From: a virus
DNA: 64,000 nt
Direction: 5' to 3' (one strand)
IMG/VR virus record: IMGVR_UViG_3300031784_000013
Span: 1 to 64,000 of that record
The position numbers and the translations under genes are program-made. Below the pieces are notes generated by a model. That model was not told where the DNA came from. It did no database searches and saw nothing but the letters and a program-made list of their open reading frames with translations. This document shows positions 35,632 through 45,810 of this stretch, piece by piece (position 1 is the stretch's first letter; each line of letters begins with the position of its first letter).

Positions 35632-38600
35632 TTAAGATGGCCCCACACAACATTCACTAATACTTCCTGTCACAGGTACTACATCAGCGTAGTCAAATGT
35701 TGGACTTGCAACTTCACCACAAGAAGGTAGCGGTGCACATTGTATATCACTTGAAGCAATCAATATACTACCAGTAGTTCCTGAAGTTATAAATGTAGTT
35801 TGTGTTGAAGCATCGCTATAATGTGCGGTTACATTTATATCAAATGGAGCTGGTATTTCATTTCCACCACAACTATCAAAGAAGATTATTATTGTATCAG
35901 TTGTACTTGCAAAAAAGCCAGGACAATCAAAACATTCACCAGGAGTAGTTTGGATACTTACTATCTCATAACAATATGGACTAGCTGTTGTAGTGGTAGT
36001 GGTAGTGGTAGGTGTTGCAGTTGTAGTTGTTGTGGTGGTAGTAGTAGGTTCTAAAGTAGTAGTTGTTGTTGTAGTTGGCTCTAATGTAGTAGTTGTAGTT
36101 GTGGTGGTTGAAGTTGTAGTTGGAGGTGGGCTGCAATCACACTGTGGATCAAGACAGCCAATACCTTGTGCAAGAAATCCACAATCATCGCTTATCACTT
36201 CAGTAACACATGCTGTAAAGCATAGCCCCTCATCTTGTGATGGGATGTTAAGAGTGATTGTTACACCATTCTCATCTTTATACACAAACGTACATCCACC
36301 AAACGGAGCAGAATCTAACTTATAACACTCATCTGTAAGAGGTGCAGGTGTAGTGGTAGTAGTTGTTGTTGGAGACGGTGTTGTAGTTGTGGTCGTTGTA
36401 GAACTTGTACTAGTGGTAGTAGTAGTTGGTTCTGCTGTCGTTGTTGTTGTAGTTGTAGAACTTGTTGTACTAGTAGTTGTACTTGTTGTACTAGTGGTAG
36501 TTGAAGTTGTACTAGTAGTGGTTGATGTAGAAGTGGAAGTTGTTGTAGATGTTGTAGATGTTGTAAAAGGTCCTACATAACCATCTCCTGCCAAATCACA
36601 ATCTAAAGATACAATTTGTCCAATTCCTGCCAAAGAACAATCTATTTCCTGAACTGTAGCTGTAAAGTTACATTGTAAAGGAGCAACTGTTGTTGTAGTG
36701 GTTGATGTAGAAGACGTTGATGTAGATGTTGTAGTGGTAGTTGGTGGATTTGGAACCAATACACCCACTAGAAAATCAAAGTCTTCACAGCAATTGTTTT
36801 GTCCTGAATAGAAGAAGTTGTTCTCAGCAACATACCAGTTTGGAATGTAACTGTGGAAACTTATCCAACTCTTTGTATTCATGTTGAAAGATAACGTCCA
36901 TGATACGTTACAGAAATAACGTTCATCACTTACACTAACGTTTTGTCTAATAGTTAGACCATTAACAACATTGTTAATGTAGAACTCTTGCTCCACTGGA
37001 TCATATAAAATGTTTTTTGACTTTGGTGCATAGTCCAACTTAGTAATAATCACTCTGTCATATACAGCATCATACACGCCATGAAGTCCTATTCCTTTGA
37101 AATGGTTATCAATATTCACTTCTGGGAAGTTATTATTAATCATGAATGGTAAATGCTCAACAAAGAACCTGTTCATTCCTGATCCAAATGCAGATAAGTC
37201 AACTGCTTCTGTTCCCTGGATCAAGAACACTTGTCCCCGTTTAGCATCAACAGTAACTTGACCTTGAGGAATTTTTAACAACATCTTGTGCTGACTTCCC
37301 ACATATCCAAGATCAGTTTCTGCAAAGTCAATAGGAGGTGCTCCTCTAAACAATAATGGATTACCTACATAAGCAGCTTGAGGGTTACTTGTGTCAATAG
37401 TCAAGAGATTATTGTACATCAATGTCTTATTCTCAAATCTTGCAAGAATAGCTCTGTTCTGAATACCATCAAGAGCCACTAGATTTCCATAGTTCTGTGG
37501 GAAATCAAAATAAGAAATAGCTCTGTAGATAAGCCAGTTGTTCACTCTGTTGTCAGCATCGATGTTTTGAGCATCAGAATAGATAGCTCTGAACGGATAG
37601 TTTGTAAAGCACAATCTACTTTCCCAATCAACAGGTAAGTGAGTAAATGTATTCTCTCTGTTTTGCTTTGAGAATGTTGTATTGTAGTAGTAGGTGTTGT
37701 CTTGTGCAATAGGTACAAAGCTCTGCTGCAACCAGTCATCTGGAATGTCTGTACTAACATGTGGCCAGAAGTCTCCCTCTCTATTGTTAAATGCTTGTCT
37801 TAAATCAGTATTGTAAGAACTTTCGCAATAGAAGTTTGGAATACCATAGGCAAACAAGTAAAAGTAACCATCATAGTATGTAATGGTTGAACTTGGTGTC
37901 ACTTCACCAGAACCACCTGGAGGGAATGTTGTACTAGTAGTAGTGGTGGTTGATGTAGATACAATCACATCTGTTCCCACTTCATTAGGACAATCAAAAT
38001 TATGTGCCTTGTAAGAAATGATGTTTGCCATCACTCCTTGTCCAGGAATGCTGTAGTTCTCGAGAATAGATCTCGCAGAGTGCCAATATCTAGGATAGGC
38101 AACGTTACCTATTTCATCATAGAAGATGTCACTATCATCAGGAGCATTCACTCTATTGTCAATAAAGAATGGAAGCTTGGTCTTGAATGCGAATCTGCTA
38201 ATGAATGTATCACCACCAAACACCGTGGTGGATGGATTAGGTGAGTTAATTATGTATTGATAACCTGTATCAATTGTTTCGTATGAATAGATTTGACCCC
38301 ACTGATTAACAACTGAGTTCTTCAGTGATGCATAATATGAAACAACCTGTATAGGCTCTTCTTTAGCTGGTGTTGAACAGTTTCCTATTTCTGAAATAGT
38401 GAATCTTGATCTATCCGTAACAATACTTGTAATTCCAGAAAGCATGTTAGGACTCTTATCAGGATAAGGAAGAGCTGTAGTGTCTATGTTTGTTTTCATA
38501 AACACAGAGCTTTCTCTGTTCCAGTTGTTGATAGGAAGATCATCTCCTACAGCCTGAACGCCAGGAATCAAATACCTAGCTATGTCAAGCTCTCTTTGCT

Positions 38601-41262
38601 TGATTCCTTGATTGTCAGGAACACCTACACCATAGTTGTAATCAGCAATAGAGTTGAATGAGTATGCATAGTTTCTTCTGGTAATACCATTAATGTAAAT
38701 AGTCAAATAAGACTGATACGCAGTGAACATAGCTGTTGCACTAAATGGTGTAGTAATACCACCAAGTCTTGCAGAACTATCAAGAGCAGCCTTCTGAGCA
38801 GCCTCAGAGAGCAACTTATATTTAGCATTGTCTGCCACCTGAACAAAGTGAGCTTTACCAGTACCAAACATTACACTTTCAAGCTTGAGAATGTCTGCTA
38901 AGAATGGTTGACCAAACGATGTCTCTGGAGAGTTGAAGATTTGTCTGTATCTATTCTCGTCAGTGAAGCCATCTAGTAGCGTTGTGCCACCACAATCTAC
39001 ATCAGATCTCACTTGTCTAATTCTTCTTATTTGAGCATCTGCACAACTCGCTGTACATATAACAGCTGTATCAGCAACAACCTCAACAGTATCTTCTGTA
39101 TCACCAACACTCAATGTTGTTGGTCCTAAGAATCTATCATCATAAGATGCTGTAAACGTTGCTCCTGCTGGAGAATCAAGTGTGTAAACATCATAGTTAG
39201 CATATCCCACTTCTCCTCCGCCAATAATAATTGTTGGTCTACCAACAGCACAAATCACATCTTCTTGTATAGAAGTGTAATCCTTGTAGACAATTTTGTT
39301 GTTCTCGCAAGAATAATACTGCACTCGAGCTAATGGATTACCAGTAATTGGATCTGTACCAAGGCTAGTGATGTAAACATCAAATGGTTCACACTCGCTC
39401 TGGTAAGCATTGTTTGTTGTTGTAAGGAATGGATCTTCGTTGAGATCGTTATATGGATAGTTAGGAAAATAGAATGATTGTTCTTCTCTTGTGTACTCAC
39501 CAACGTTTCTAAGTATTCCCTTAGCTACAATAGACTTATTAACACTTCTATCACCACGCACAATCTTAAATCCTACAACGTCAGATTTCTGATCATCTGT
39601 AAGATTTGATACTTGTATGAGATTTAAGATTTGAGAAGGATCAATCTTTACACCAATAGGAAAAACAGCATCGTTCCCCATCACCATCGCTTGTGGTGCA
39701 GAAAAGACTTTACTCTCGTATATTGGAGAGATGTTTACATCTGGGAACTTGTGATGTCTGATTTTTTGTCCTGCAAGATTTCCCCACACGTCTGTGTTGC
39801 ATGGATATTCTTCAACAGATTCCCAATAGGCAAATTCGCCAAATTGATATGGTCCTTTATAAGCATCATTTGTTGAATATTCTGGAGAGAATCCTGTGAT
39901 AGTAGCTGTGTTATAAATCTTCCAATACGGTGAATCATGTGTGATTGGGTCAGGGTTACCTATAAAGTCTGGATCTGTATCAGGAATTCTTGGAAGCAAT
40001 TGTTCATATCCTGTAATTGCTTTTCCTGGAATATGGAATCCATCTGTTTGTTTTCCGTTCTTCAATAGAAAAACAATCTCAAAAGCATACACTTCATCAC
40101 GAAGATATCCTCTAAGATTCGTTGCGTTTATTTCGTCTGCATAGTTCTCTGTTGCAGGAATTCTCCAAGATTCCCATAGCAACGTAATCTGGTTAGCAAC
40201 TTGTTGATAGTTGATTCTATCAATAGATGTCAACTGATCCCATACAAGAACATCCTGTACAGCAGTTAAGTCTTGAGCAATTTCATAGAATGGAAACTTC
40301 TCAAATATGTCCTGTATTACAAGATTGATTGTTGACTGCCCTGTGTAGGTGATTTGTATATTACCATTGTCAATGAAATATGTACCAACAAGATCAACAG
40401 ATGTTACACCGTTGATAGTTTTGATTACAGCAAGGTTAAAATACTCAAACTGTCCAGATACATCAAGGTTGTCAACATTGACAACAATTGATTTTCCTAC
40501 AGGATAATTGAAGTTGGGTGTTGTGATAAACTCATCAGCAATAGGTGTAGGATTAGTAACTGAGTAGTAGGAAGTAAATGGATTACCAGCTGGATCAGAA
40601 TACTGAATAGCAAACTGATATGTACCTGCAATAAGATTACCTCCACTGATAACATCAATGATTGTTAGTTCAGGAATGTTAAAATTGGGCTGTAGCTTGA
40701 GTTGATTACAATCAAGATCATCTGTATAGATAGGGCTACAAAGAGCACTACCAGATCTAAGGATCTTAGGAATGTCATCAATGTCTAGATATCTTCTAGG
40801 ATTATAGCCATCTGTCCAATAAATCTCTGTATTACAATTGGTAATTCTGTGGACAACTTTGTGAATAGGGTAATCAGTATTAAAGTTTAGGCAAGGAGCA
40901 TTGACAAGAACACGATACTCGCAATCATTATTGTCCATATACCCTATCTGACTGTCTCCTGTAGATGGATTAGTAATGAAGAATATATGTTTGTTTTTCT
41001 CTACAATAAAGTGTTCCCCTATAAGCACAAAACCTTCAGGGAAACGAATACATAATTCGTTACCAGGTTCGTTCTGATAGTTTACAGAATTTGAATCAAA
41101 GTTTTCAACAGCAGCGTTAAGAGCATAAGTTAGTCTACCTTTCTGAACTTGATTTAGAGATTGATCTAAATTCAGTCCCGTAGTGGCATTATTATACTCC
41201 TGTTTAACATTACCTTGATCACCATTGATGATCTGTTTTATTTTGTCTAACTCGTCTGCCAT
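35632..41262 (-). CDS. Tail stabilization / muzzle protein (P22 gp10-like, 1876 aa) with Cys-rich insertion and mucin-like Thr/Cys-rich C-terminal extension
   Basis: GLNLD..YALNA..NEPGN N-terminus, GYLRDEVYAFEIVF, IRHHKFPD, FGGDTFISRFAFK and WISFHSYIP motifs; syntenic after the IHF and ring genes. Confidence 0.85.
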   Translation of the reverse strand: MADELDKIKQIINGDQGNVKQEYNNATTGLNLDQSLNQVQKGRLTYALNAAVENFDSNSVNYQNEPGNELCIRFPEGFVLIGEHFIVEKNKHIFFITNPSTGDSQIGYMDNNDCEYRVLVNAPCLNFNTDYPIHKVVHRITNCNTEIYWTDGYNPRRYLDIDDIPKILRSGSALCSPIYTDDLDCNQLKLQPNFNIPELTIIDVISGGNLIAGTYQFAIQYSDPAGNPFTSYYSVTNPTPIADEFITTPNFNYPVGKSIVVNVDNLDVSGQFEYFNLAVIKTINGVTSVDLVGTYFIDNGNIQITYTGQSTINLVIQDIFEKFPFYEIAQDLTAVQDVLVWDQLTSIDRINYQQVANQITLLWESWRIPATENYADEINATNLRGYLRDEVYAFEIVFLLKNGKQTDGFHIPGKAITGYEQLLPRIPDTDPDFIGNPDPITHDSPYWKIYNTATITGFSPEYSTNDAYKGPYQFGEFAYWESVEEYPCNTDVWGNLAGQKIRHHKFPDVNISPIYESKVFSAPQAMVMGNDAVFPIGVKIDPSQILNLIQVSNLTDDQKSDVVGFKIVRGDRSVNKSIVAKGILRNVGEYTREEQSFYFPNYPYNDLNEDPFLTTTNNAYQSECEPFDVYITSLGTDPITGNPLARVQYYSCENNKIVYKDYTSIQEDVICAVGRPTIIIGGGEVGYANYDVYTLDSPAGATFTASYDDRFLGPTTLSVGDTEDTVEVVADTAVICTASCADAQIRRIRQVRSDVDCGGTTLLDGFTDENRYRQIFNSPETSFGQPFLADILKLESVMFGTGKAHFVQVADNAKYKLLSEAAQKAALDSSARLGGITTPFSATAMFTAYQSYLTIYINGITRRNYAYSFNSIADYNYGVGVPDNQGIKQRELDIARYLIPGVQAVGDDLPINNWNRESSVFMKTNIDTTALPYPDKSPNMLSGITSIVTDRSRFTISEIGNCSTPAKEEPIQVVSYYASLKNSVVNQWGQIYSYETIDTGYQYIINSPNPSTTVFGGDTFISRFAFKTKLPFFIDNRVNAPDDSDIFYDEIGNVAYPRYWHSARSILENYSIPGQGVMANIISYKAHNFDCPNEVGTDVIVSTSTTTTTSTTFPPGGSGEVTPSSTITYYDGYFYLFAYGIPNFYCESSYNTDLRQAFNNREGDFWPHVSTDIPDDWLQQSFVPIAQDNTYYYNTTFSKQNRENTFTHLPVDWESRLCFTNYPFRAIYSDAQNIDADNRVNNWLIYRAISYFDFPQNYGNLVALDGIQNRAILARFENKTLMYNNLLTIDTSNPQAAYVGNPLLFRGAPPIDFAETDLGYVGSQHKMLLKIPQGQVTVDAKRGQVFLIQGTEAVDLSAFGSGMNRFFVEHLPFMINNNFPEVNIDNHFKGIGLHGVYDAVYDRVIITKLDYAPKSKNILYDPVEQEFYINNVVNGLTIRQNVSVSDERYFCNVSWTLSFNMNTKSWISFHSYIPNWYVAENNFFYSGQNNCCEDFDFLVGVLVPNPPTTTTTSTSTSSTSTTTTTVAPLQCNFTATVQEIDCSLAGIGQIVSLDCDLAGDGYVGPFTTSTTSTTTSTSTSTTTSTTSTTTSTTSTTTSTTSSTTTTTTTAEPTTTTTSTSSTTTTTTTPSPTTTTTTTPAPLTDECYKLDSAPFGGCTFVYKDENGVTITLNIPSQDEGLCFTACVTEVISDDCGFLAQGIGCLDPQCDCSPPPTTTSTTTTTTTTLEPTTTTTTTLEPTTTTTTTTTATPTTTTTTTTASPYCYEIVSIQTTPGECFDCPGFFASTTDTIIIFFDSCGGNEIPAPFDINVTAHYSDASTQTTFITSGTTGSILIASSDIQCAPLPSCGEVASPTFDYADVVPVTGSISECCVGPS

Positions 41263-41268
41263 AACTTA

Positions 41269-42243
41269 TTAGTTGTTACGTCTCCTACCGTATCTATTAG
41301 TTCTGTTAGGAAGCTCGTACATATTGAACTTATTCAATTGTTGTCTTATTCTACGCTGCTTAGTCCAGGAATCTTGCTTCTTAATCTCAATATCTGCCAT
41401 GATGAACGCTTCGTCAGAAAGTTGTTTGTAATATACAAGCTTTTGTTGAAGTTGATTGAATGTTTCATCATTGGTTTGATTGACAAGCATCTCAAACACT
41501 TTGTACTTGATGAAGTGTTCTAGATATTCTCTAATACGATAATTGTCAGGAATAAGCTGGTTTCCAAGACTGTCGTAATCTTGAGCATAGAAAATGAGAT
41601 GGACAATACCATTTCTGAAATTCGTAACGAATTTGTTGTCTCTAATATCGAATGAGTCATAAGTAGATGATCCTGGTGTAAAGTTGTTCAATGGTGCAAC
41701 TCCTTGTCCGTACATCTCCCAGTTCTCTGTATAGTTAACATCACATTGCTTTCTTGCAGAGATGTTTCCTGGCTTCAAGAGATACATTTTTTGGTAGGAC
41801 ATTGCCACCTCATTATTTGTCTTATAGACAGTTTGCATAAACTCAGGCATACAAGATCCATCACATCCTACATTACCACAGCAAGGGCTTGGAATAGCGC
41901 AGTCTGTAGTAATTGGACTCACTTGTATAGTGGTTTGAGTTGCTGCTTGAGAATAGAATGAATTAGCTGTCTGATATGGAAAACCATTTACAGCAGTACA
42001 CATCCACGCCTCTCTAACAGCGTAAAAGTTATCTGGTAGTCTTGCTTCAAAGTTATCAACAACAAGAGCTGTCTCAGCTATTACGTATGTAGCTCTTCCC
42101 AGCTTTCTAAGACACTTGTCTAGATAGGTGGGGAATAACAAATCATCTATAGCACCTGTGTCAAAATAGCTCTTAAGCTCTTCCTTAACAGTGGAGTAGA
42201 TTGGATCTGGACTTACGAAGTTAAATTTATAGTAATAGCTCAT
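41269..42243 (-). CDS. Tail tubular / ring protein (324 aa)
   Basis: Located between the IHF-like and muzzle genes; ARLPDNF and LIPDNYRIREYLEHFIKYK motifs typical of crAss ring proteins. Confidence 0.7.
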   Translation of the reverse strand: MSYYYKFNFVSPDPIYSTVKEELKSYFDTGAIDDLLFPTYLDKCLRKLGRATYVIAETALVVDNFEARLPDNFYAVREAWMCTAVNGFPYQTANSFYSQAATQTTIQVSPITTDCAIPSPCCGNVGCDGSCMPEFMQTVYKTNNEVAMSYQKMYLLKPGNISARKQCDVNYTENWEMYGQGVAPLNNFTPGSSTYDSFDIRDNKFVTNFRNGIVHLIFYAQDYDSLGNQLIPDNYRIREYLEHFIKYKVFEMLVNQTNDETFNQLQQKLVYYKQLSDEAFIMADIEIKKQDSWTKQRRIRQQLNKFNMYELPNRTNRYGRRRNN

Positions 42244-42245
42244 CT

Positions 42246-42725
42246 TTAATTAAGATTCCATGTTGCGTAAATATGTTGATACTTCTCATCAGACTTAATG
42301 TACTTGGTAATCAATCTGGAGTTATCCCTTGTAGGTTTAAACTTCCAGAAAGCAGAAAACTTAAATCTGCATGATCTTCTAAACCACTTCCATCCAAAGA
42401 AATATCCTTCTGTATGGTAGTTAAAGTTGTAGATGTATTTTCCTTTCTCTCTAGTTTTTTTCCAGTCAATTGGTAGGTTGATATACTCTTTACCATCAAC
42501 CACTGTAACTCTCACTCTTTTCTTTTTATTCACTGCAAACTCTCCTAAGCCATTTGGAAGTTTTATCTTCTCTCCTGTCTCAAGCATGTGTTCAGTGAAC
42601 ATTTTATTAAACCCATAGACAATCTTCTTCCAGTCTTCGAAGGAGATGTCTATTTCAGGTTTCTCACTCTTGAAATTCTTGTAGTTTTCTTTTGAGGCAC
42701 TTCGCCAGTCTTTCGCTACTCTCAT
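42246..42725 (-). CDS. IHF/HU-like DNA-binding protein of the crAss tail module (159 aa)
   Basis: ETGEKIKLPNGLGEFAVNKKK...LPIDWKKT...NYHTEGYFF...FKPTR. Confidence 0.8.
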   Translation of the reverse strand: MRVAKDWRSASKENYKNFKSEKPEIDISFEDWKKIVYGFNKMFTEHMLETGEKIKLPNGLGEFAVNKKKRVRVTVVDGKEYINLPIDWKKTREKGKYIYNFNYHTEGYFFGWKWFRRSCRFKFSAFWKFKPTRDNSRLITKYIKSDEKYQHIYATWNLN

Positions 42726-43450
42726 CTAAACTGTGGTGAGTTTGGTGATTGACCATCTATTCCATCATCAGTCATATCAGTCTTTAGATTGAAATAGCTT
42801 TGAAGTAGTTTCTGTGATGTTAAATCAAGCACTTGTTTCTCTAGATATCCTGGAAGAGCAAACTCATTGTCAAGAGGATTCTTGCAAAGTTGATCAGTGG
42901 TGTAGCTTGGAGTTCCGCATCCGCACTCTGGGTACATGATGTCATTAGGGACATCTTCCTCAAACAGAGCTACAAACCTAACAGCCTGTAGTGCTGGATT
43001 GCTGACATAAAGATAACCATTTGAAATCCAGAAATACTCTTCTTTTCTGATAACAGGAAGTTTTAATAGATTGAGGTAACGATTGACAGTTATCTCCTTC
43101 ATCTTCTTACCCTGTCCAGACATTGCATTTATTGAATAAACACCTTGAATGACATATTGATAATTTCCTTCAGATATTCTAGGAAGTTGATACGTTGATC
43201 TAGCAACAGAACAAGGATCTGCATAATTGCAGCATTCTGAGATGGGAACCTCACACATTTCCAGACATGGAATAGTGGTAAAAAGTGTATCTGTCGCCCA
43301 GAGTTTTCTTAGATTGGTTTCTCTTTTTATCAACAATAGTGCATTATTCCGCACTTCAGAGGCAATTGCTCTATCTGTAATGAGACTATCTGTTGATATG
43401 ATCTTGTGCGTTGCACGCACGTCAGATACTAATTTTCTTAATGTTGACAT
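42722..43450 (-). CDS. Tail ring / adaptor protein (~242 aa)
   Basis: Likely start MSTLRKLVSD at 43450 (the track start at 43486 is a TTG inside a promoter-like element); TIPCLEMCEV, YFWISNGYLYV and LFEED motifs; synteny. Confidence 0.7.
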   Translation of the reverse strand: MSTLRKLVSDVRATHKIISTDSLITDRAIASEVRNNALLLIKRETNLRKLWATDTLFTTIPCLEMCEVPISECCNYADPCSVARSTYQLPRISEGNYQYVIQGVYSINAMSGQGKKMKEITVNRYLNLLKLPVIRKEEYFWISNGYLYVSNPALQAVRFVALFEEDVPNDIMYPECGCGTPSYTTDQLCKNPLDNEFALPGYLEKQVLDLTSQKLLQSYFNLKTDMTDDGIDGQSPNSPQFR

Positions 43451-43483
43451 TTTGTGTTCCTGATTTCCAGAGTTATATGTACT

Positions 43484-43491
43484 CAAATTTA
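43484..43491 (-). promoter_or_regulatory. Candidate Bacteroidota -7 element (TAAATTTG) restarting transcription after the terminator
   Basis: TAnnTTTG match 20 nt downstream of the terminator hairpin and 33 nt upstream of ATG 43450. Confidence 0.45.
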
Positions 43492-43502
43492 ATCATTTTT
43501 CC

Positions 43503-43536
43503 AAATAAAAACTCCCAGACAATAAATGCCTGGGAG
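43503..43536 (-). terminator. Rho-independent terminator after the BspA-like gene
   Basis: Minus strand ctcccaggca-tttat-tgtctgggag followed by tttttattt. Confidence 0.8.
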
Positions 43537-43610
43537 AAACCCTACAAAACCAATAAAGTAGAGTTTATTTGAATTTAGTTTATAGAAGTGTGATAAAAGC
43601 ATAATTTAAT

Positions 43611-45788
43611 CTATATGCCTCCATCTGTTACAGTCCAGTTGTTTGGAGCTCCAGTTAATACGTTTCTACCAGCTTGACCTGCCAACGTGTATTTAGCTGT
43701 TCCAAAACTTATATTCAAATTAGGTTGTAGTGTAAGTAAACTCCACCCATTGTAAATAGCATCTAAGTTAGTAGCTGAAAACGTTAAATTGGTCTTACTT
43801 CCCATGAAATTAGAGAAATTTCCAACGTTACTCACGTTCCAATTTCCTATGTTCTGGTTAAATGCTGTAGCATTAAAGAACATATATTGCATATCTGTAA
43901 CATTACCTACATCCCAAATTCCAATATTTTGGTTAAATGCAAATGCACTTTGGAACATAAAGAACATACTAATCACATTACTTACATCCCATCCGCTTAT
44001 GTCTTGATTAAAAGATAAAGCTGATTTGAACATATTCCCCATCTGTGTCACATTGCTTACATTCCAACCACTTATATCTTGGTTAAAAACTAAAGCACCG
44101 TTAAACATGCCCCCCATATTTGTTACACTAATTACATTCCAGCCACCAATATTTTGGTTAAACACTACGGCATCATGAAACATGTTTGCCATATTTGTAA
44201 CACTGCTTACGGTCCAACTTCCAATGTTTTGATTAAATACTGAAGCACCATAAAACATAAGTGACATATCAGTTACTCCTGAAACATCCCAAGAAGTTAT
44301 ATTTCCATTAAATGCTGTATTTTGGTAAAACATACTTGACATGTTCGTAACGCTTGATACGTCCCAACTATTCAAACTTTGATTGAAACTATTTGCTGCA
44401 TTAAACATACCAGCCATGTTTGTAACATTGGAAACATTCCAAGAATTAATATTCTGATTAAATGCGGATGCCGCTGCAAACATATTATTCATATTTGTAA
44501 CACTACCAACATTCCAACCAGTTATGTTTCCATCAAAAGAAACGGCAGAATTAAACATAGCTTGCATGTTTGTTACACCGCTTACGTTCCAACTATTTAA
44601 GTTTTGGTTAAATGAGTTAGCAGTATTAAACATAGAAATCATATTAGTAACATTACTCACGTCCCAACCACCAATATTTTGATTAAACGCAATTGCAGTA
44701 CTGAACATAGATTGCATAGTTGTTACACTACTTACATCCCAACCACTTATATTTTGATTAAAGACATAAGCAGCATTAAACATAAAAGACATATTAGTAA
44801 CACTACTTACATCCCAATTACTTATGTCTCCATTAAAGGAAGTTGCAGATGTAAACATTTGCTGCATAGTTGTTACACTACTTACATCCCAGGTGTTTAG
44901 ATTTTGATTGAATGCAAGTGCAGTAAGAAACATAAGTCTCATGTTTGTAACATTACTAACATCCCAATTTCCTATGGGTTGGTTAAAAGCTATTGCAAGC
45001 CCAAACATTTGCTCCATGTTAGTAATAGTACTAGTATTCCATGAATTAACATTATTAATGGTAGTTAAACTAGTACAATCTGCAAACATTCTGGTTAAAA
45101 TAGTCATTGCTGACAAATTTGGGGTGTCTGTAACAGCTGATAGATCTAAATTAGCACATCCACTAAATATACCATTAGAGTAGTTACCTAAGTTTACATT
45201 ACCAAAAGATGTAATGCTTAATAACTTTTTGCGATCTCCTCCATTCTCAAAAGCAAACCCAGAACATGTTCCAGTAATAGTAATTGTATAATCTCCAGAA
45301 GAGACGTATGTGTGAGTAGTTTCAGCTTGATTCCAAACAGTGATAACATTATTGTTTCCATCTCCCCAATTTACAGTAAAGTTATAAACACCACCATTTT
45401 TTAATGGAAGCTTTACTTGGTCTGAGTTAGTTGATCCAACATAAGTATTTGTAGTTCTCCAAGTTGAAATAAAAGCAGTTGGCGATGCTGTAGTACTAGT
45501 AGTGGTAGTGGTGCTGCTGGTAGTACTAGTTGTAGTGGTGCTAGTCGTGCTAGTGCTAGTAGTAGTAGTTGTAGCACCTACCACTACATCAATGTAGTTT
45601 GTACATACTCCTGTACTAATTATTCTCACTGTTGTTGTACCAGCTGGAGCAATTACAGAATATCCTGCTAACAGGGTTGCTTTACTTACTCCTGTATCAA
45701 ATGCAGATACAAATCCATCAACGTTTGAATAAAGGTTGAATGGTCCTGCGTCTACTCCAGCTGATGTTAGTGTTATGAATACGTACAT
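43611..45788 (-). CDS. BspA-like / DUF285 surface-repeat adhesin (725 aa) with docking module A, Thr linker and PKD-like domain
   Basis: About 16-17 copies of the 25-aa unit W[DN]VSxVTNMxxMFxxAxxFNQ[ND]Ixx. FISTWRT..VNWGDG..HTY..GDYTITITG is the PKD-like cap. Confidence 0.9.
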   Translation of the reverse strand: MYVFITLTSAGVDAGPFNLYSNVDGFVSAFDTGVSKATLLAGYSVIAPAGTTTVRIISTGVCTNYIDVVVGATTTTTSTSTTSTTTTSTTSSTTTTTSTTASPTAFISTWRTTNTYVGSTNSDQVKLPLKNGGVYNFTVNWGDGNNNVITVWNQAETTHTYVSSGDYTITITGTCSGFAFENGGDRKKLLSITSFGNVNLGNYSNGIFSGCANLDLSAVTDTPNLSAMTILTRMFADCTSLTTINNVNSWNTSTITNMEQMFGLAIAFNQPIGNWDVSNVTNMRLMFLTALAFNQNLNTWDVSSVTTMQQMFTSATSFNGDISNWDVSSVTNMSFMFNAAYVFNQNISGWDVSSVTTMQSMFSTAIAFNQNIGGWDVSNVTNMISMFNTANSFNQNLNSWNVSGVTNMQAMFNSAVSFDGNITGWNVGSVTNMNNMFAAASAFNQNINSWNVSNVTNMAGMFNAANSFNQSLNSWDVSSVTNMSSMFYQNTAFNGNITSWDVSGVTDMSLMFYGASVFNQNIGSWTVSSVTNMANMFHDAVVFNQNIGGWNVISVTNMGGMFNGALVFNQDISGWNVSNVTQMGNMFKSALSFNQDISGWDVSNVISMFFMFQSAFAFNQNIGIWDVGNVTDMQYMFFNATAFNQNIGNWNVSNVGNFSNFMGSKTNLTFSATNLDAIYNGWSLLTLQPNLNISFGTAKYTLAGQAGRNVLTGAPNNWTVTDGGI

Positions 45789-45810
45789 GCACTTTTAATT
45801 TATTGGTTTA

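Noticed and set aside
35993-36580. Poly-Val membrane-like plus-strand ORFs (also 48538-48723)
   Set aside because: They are reverse complements of the Thr tracts.
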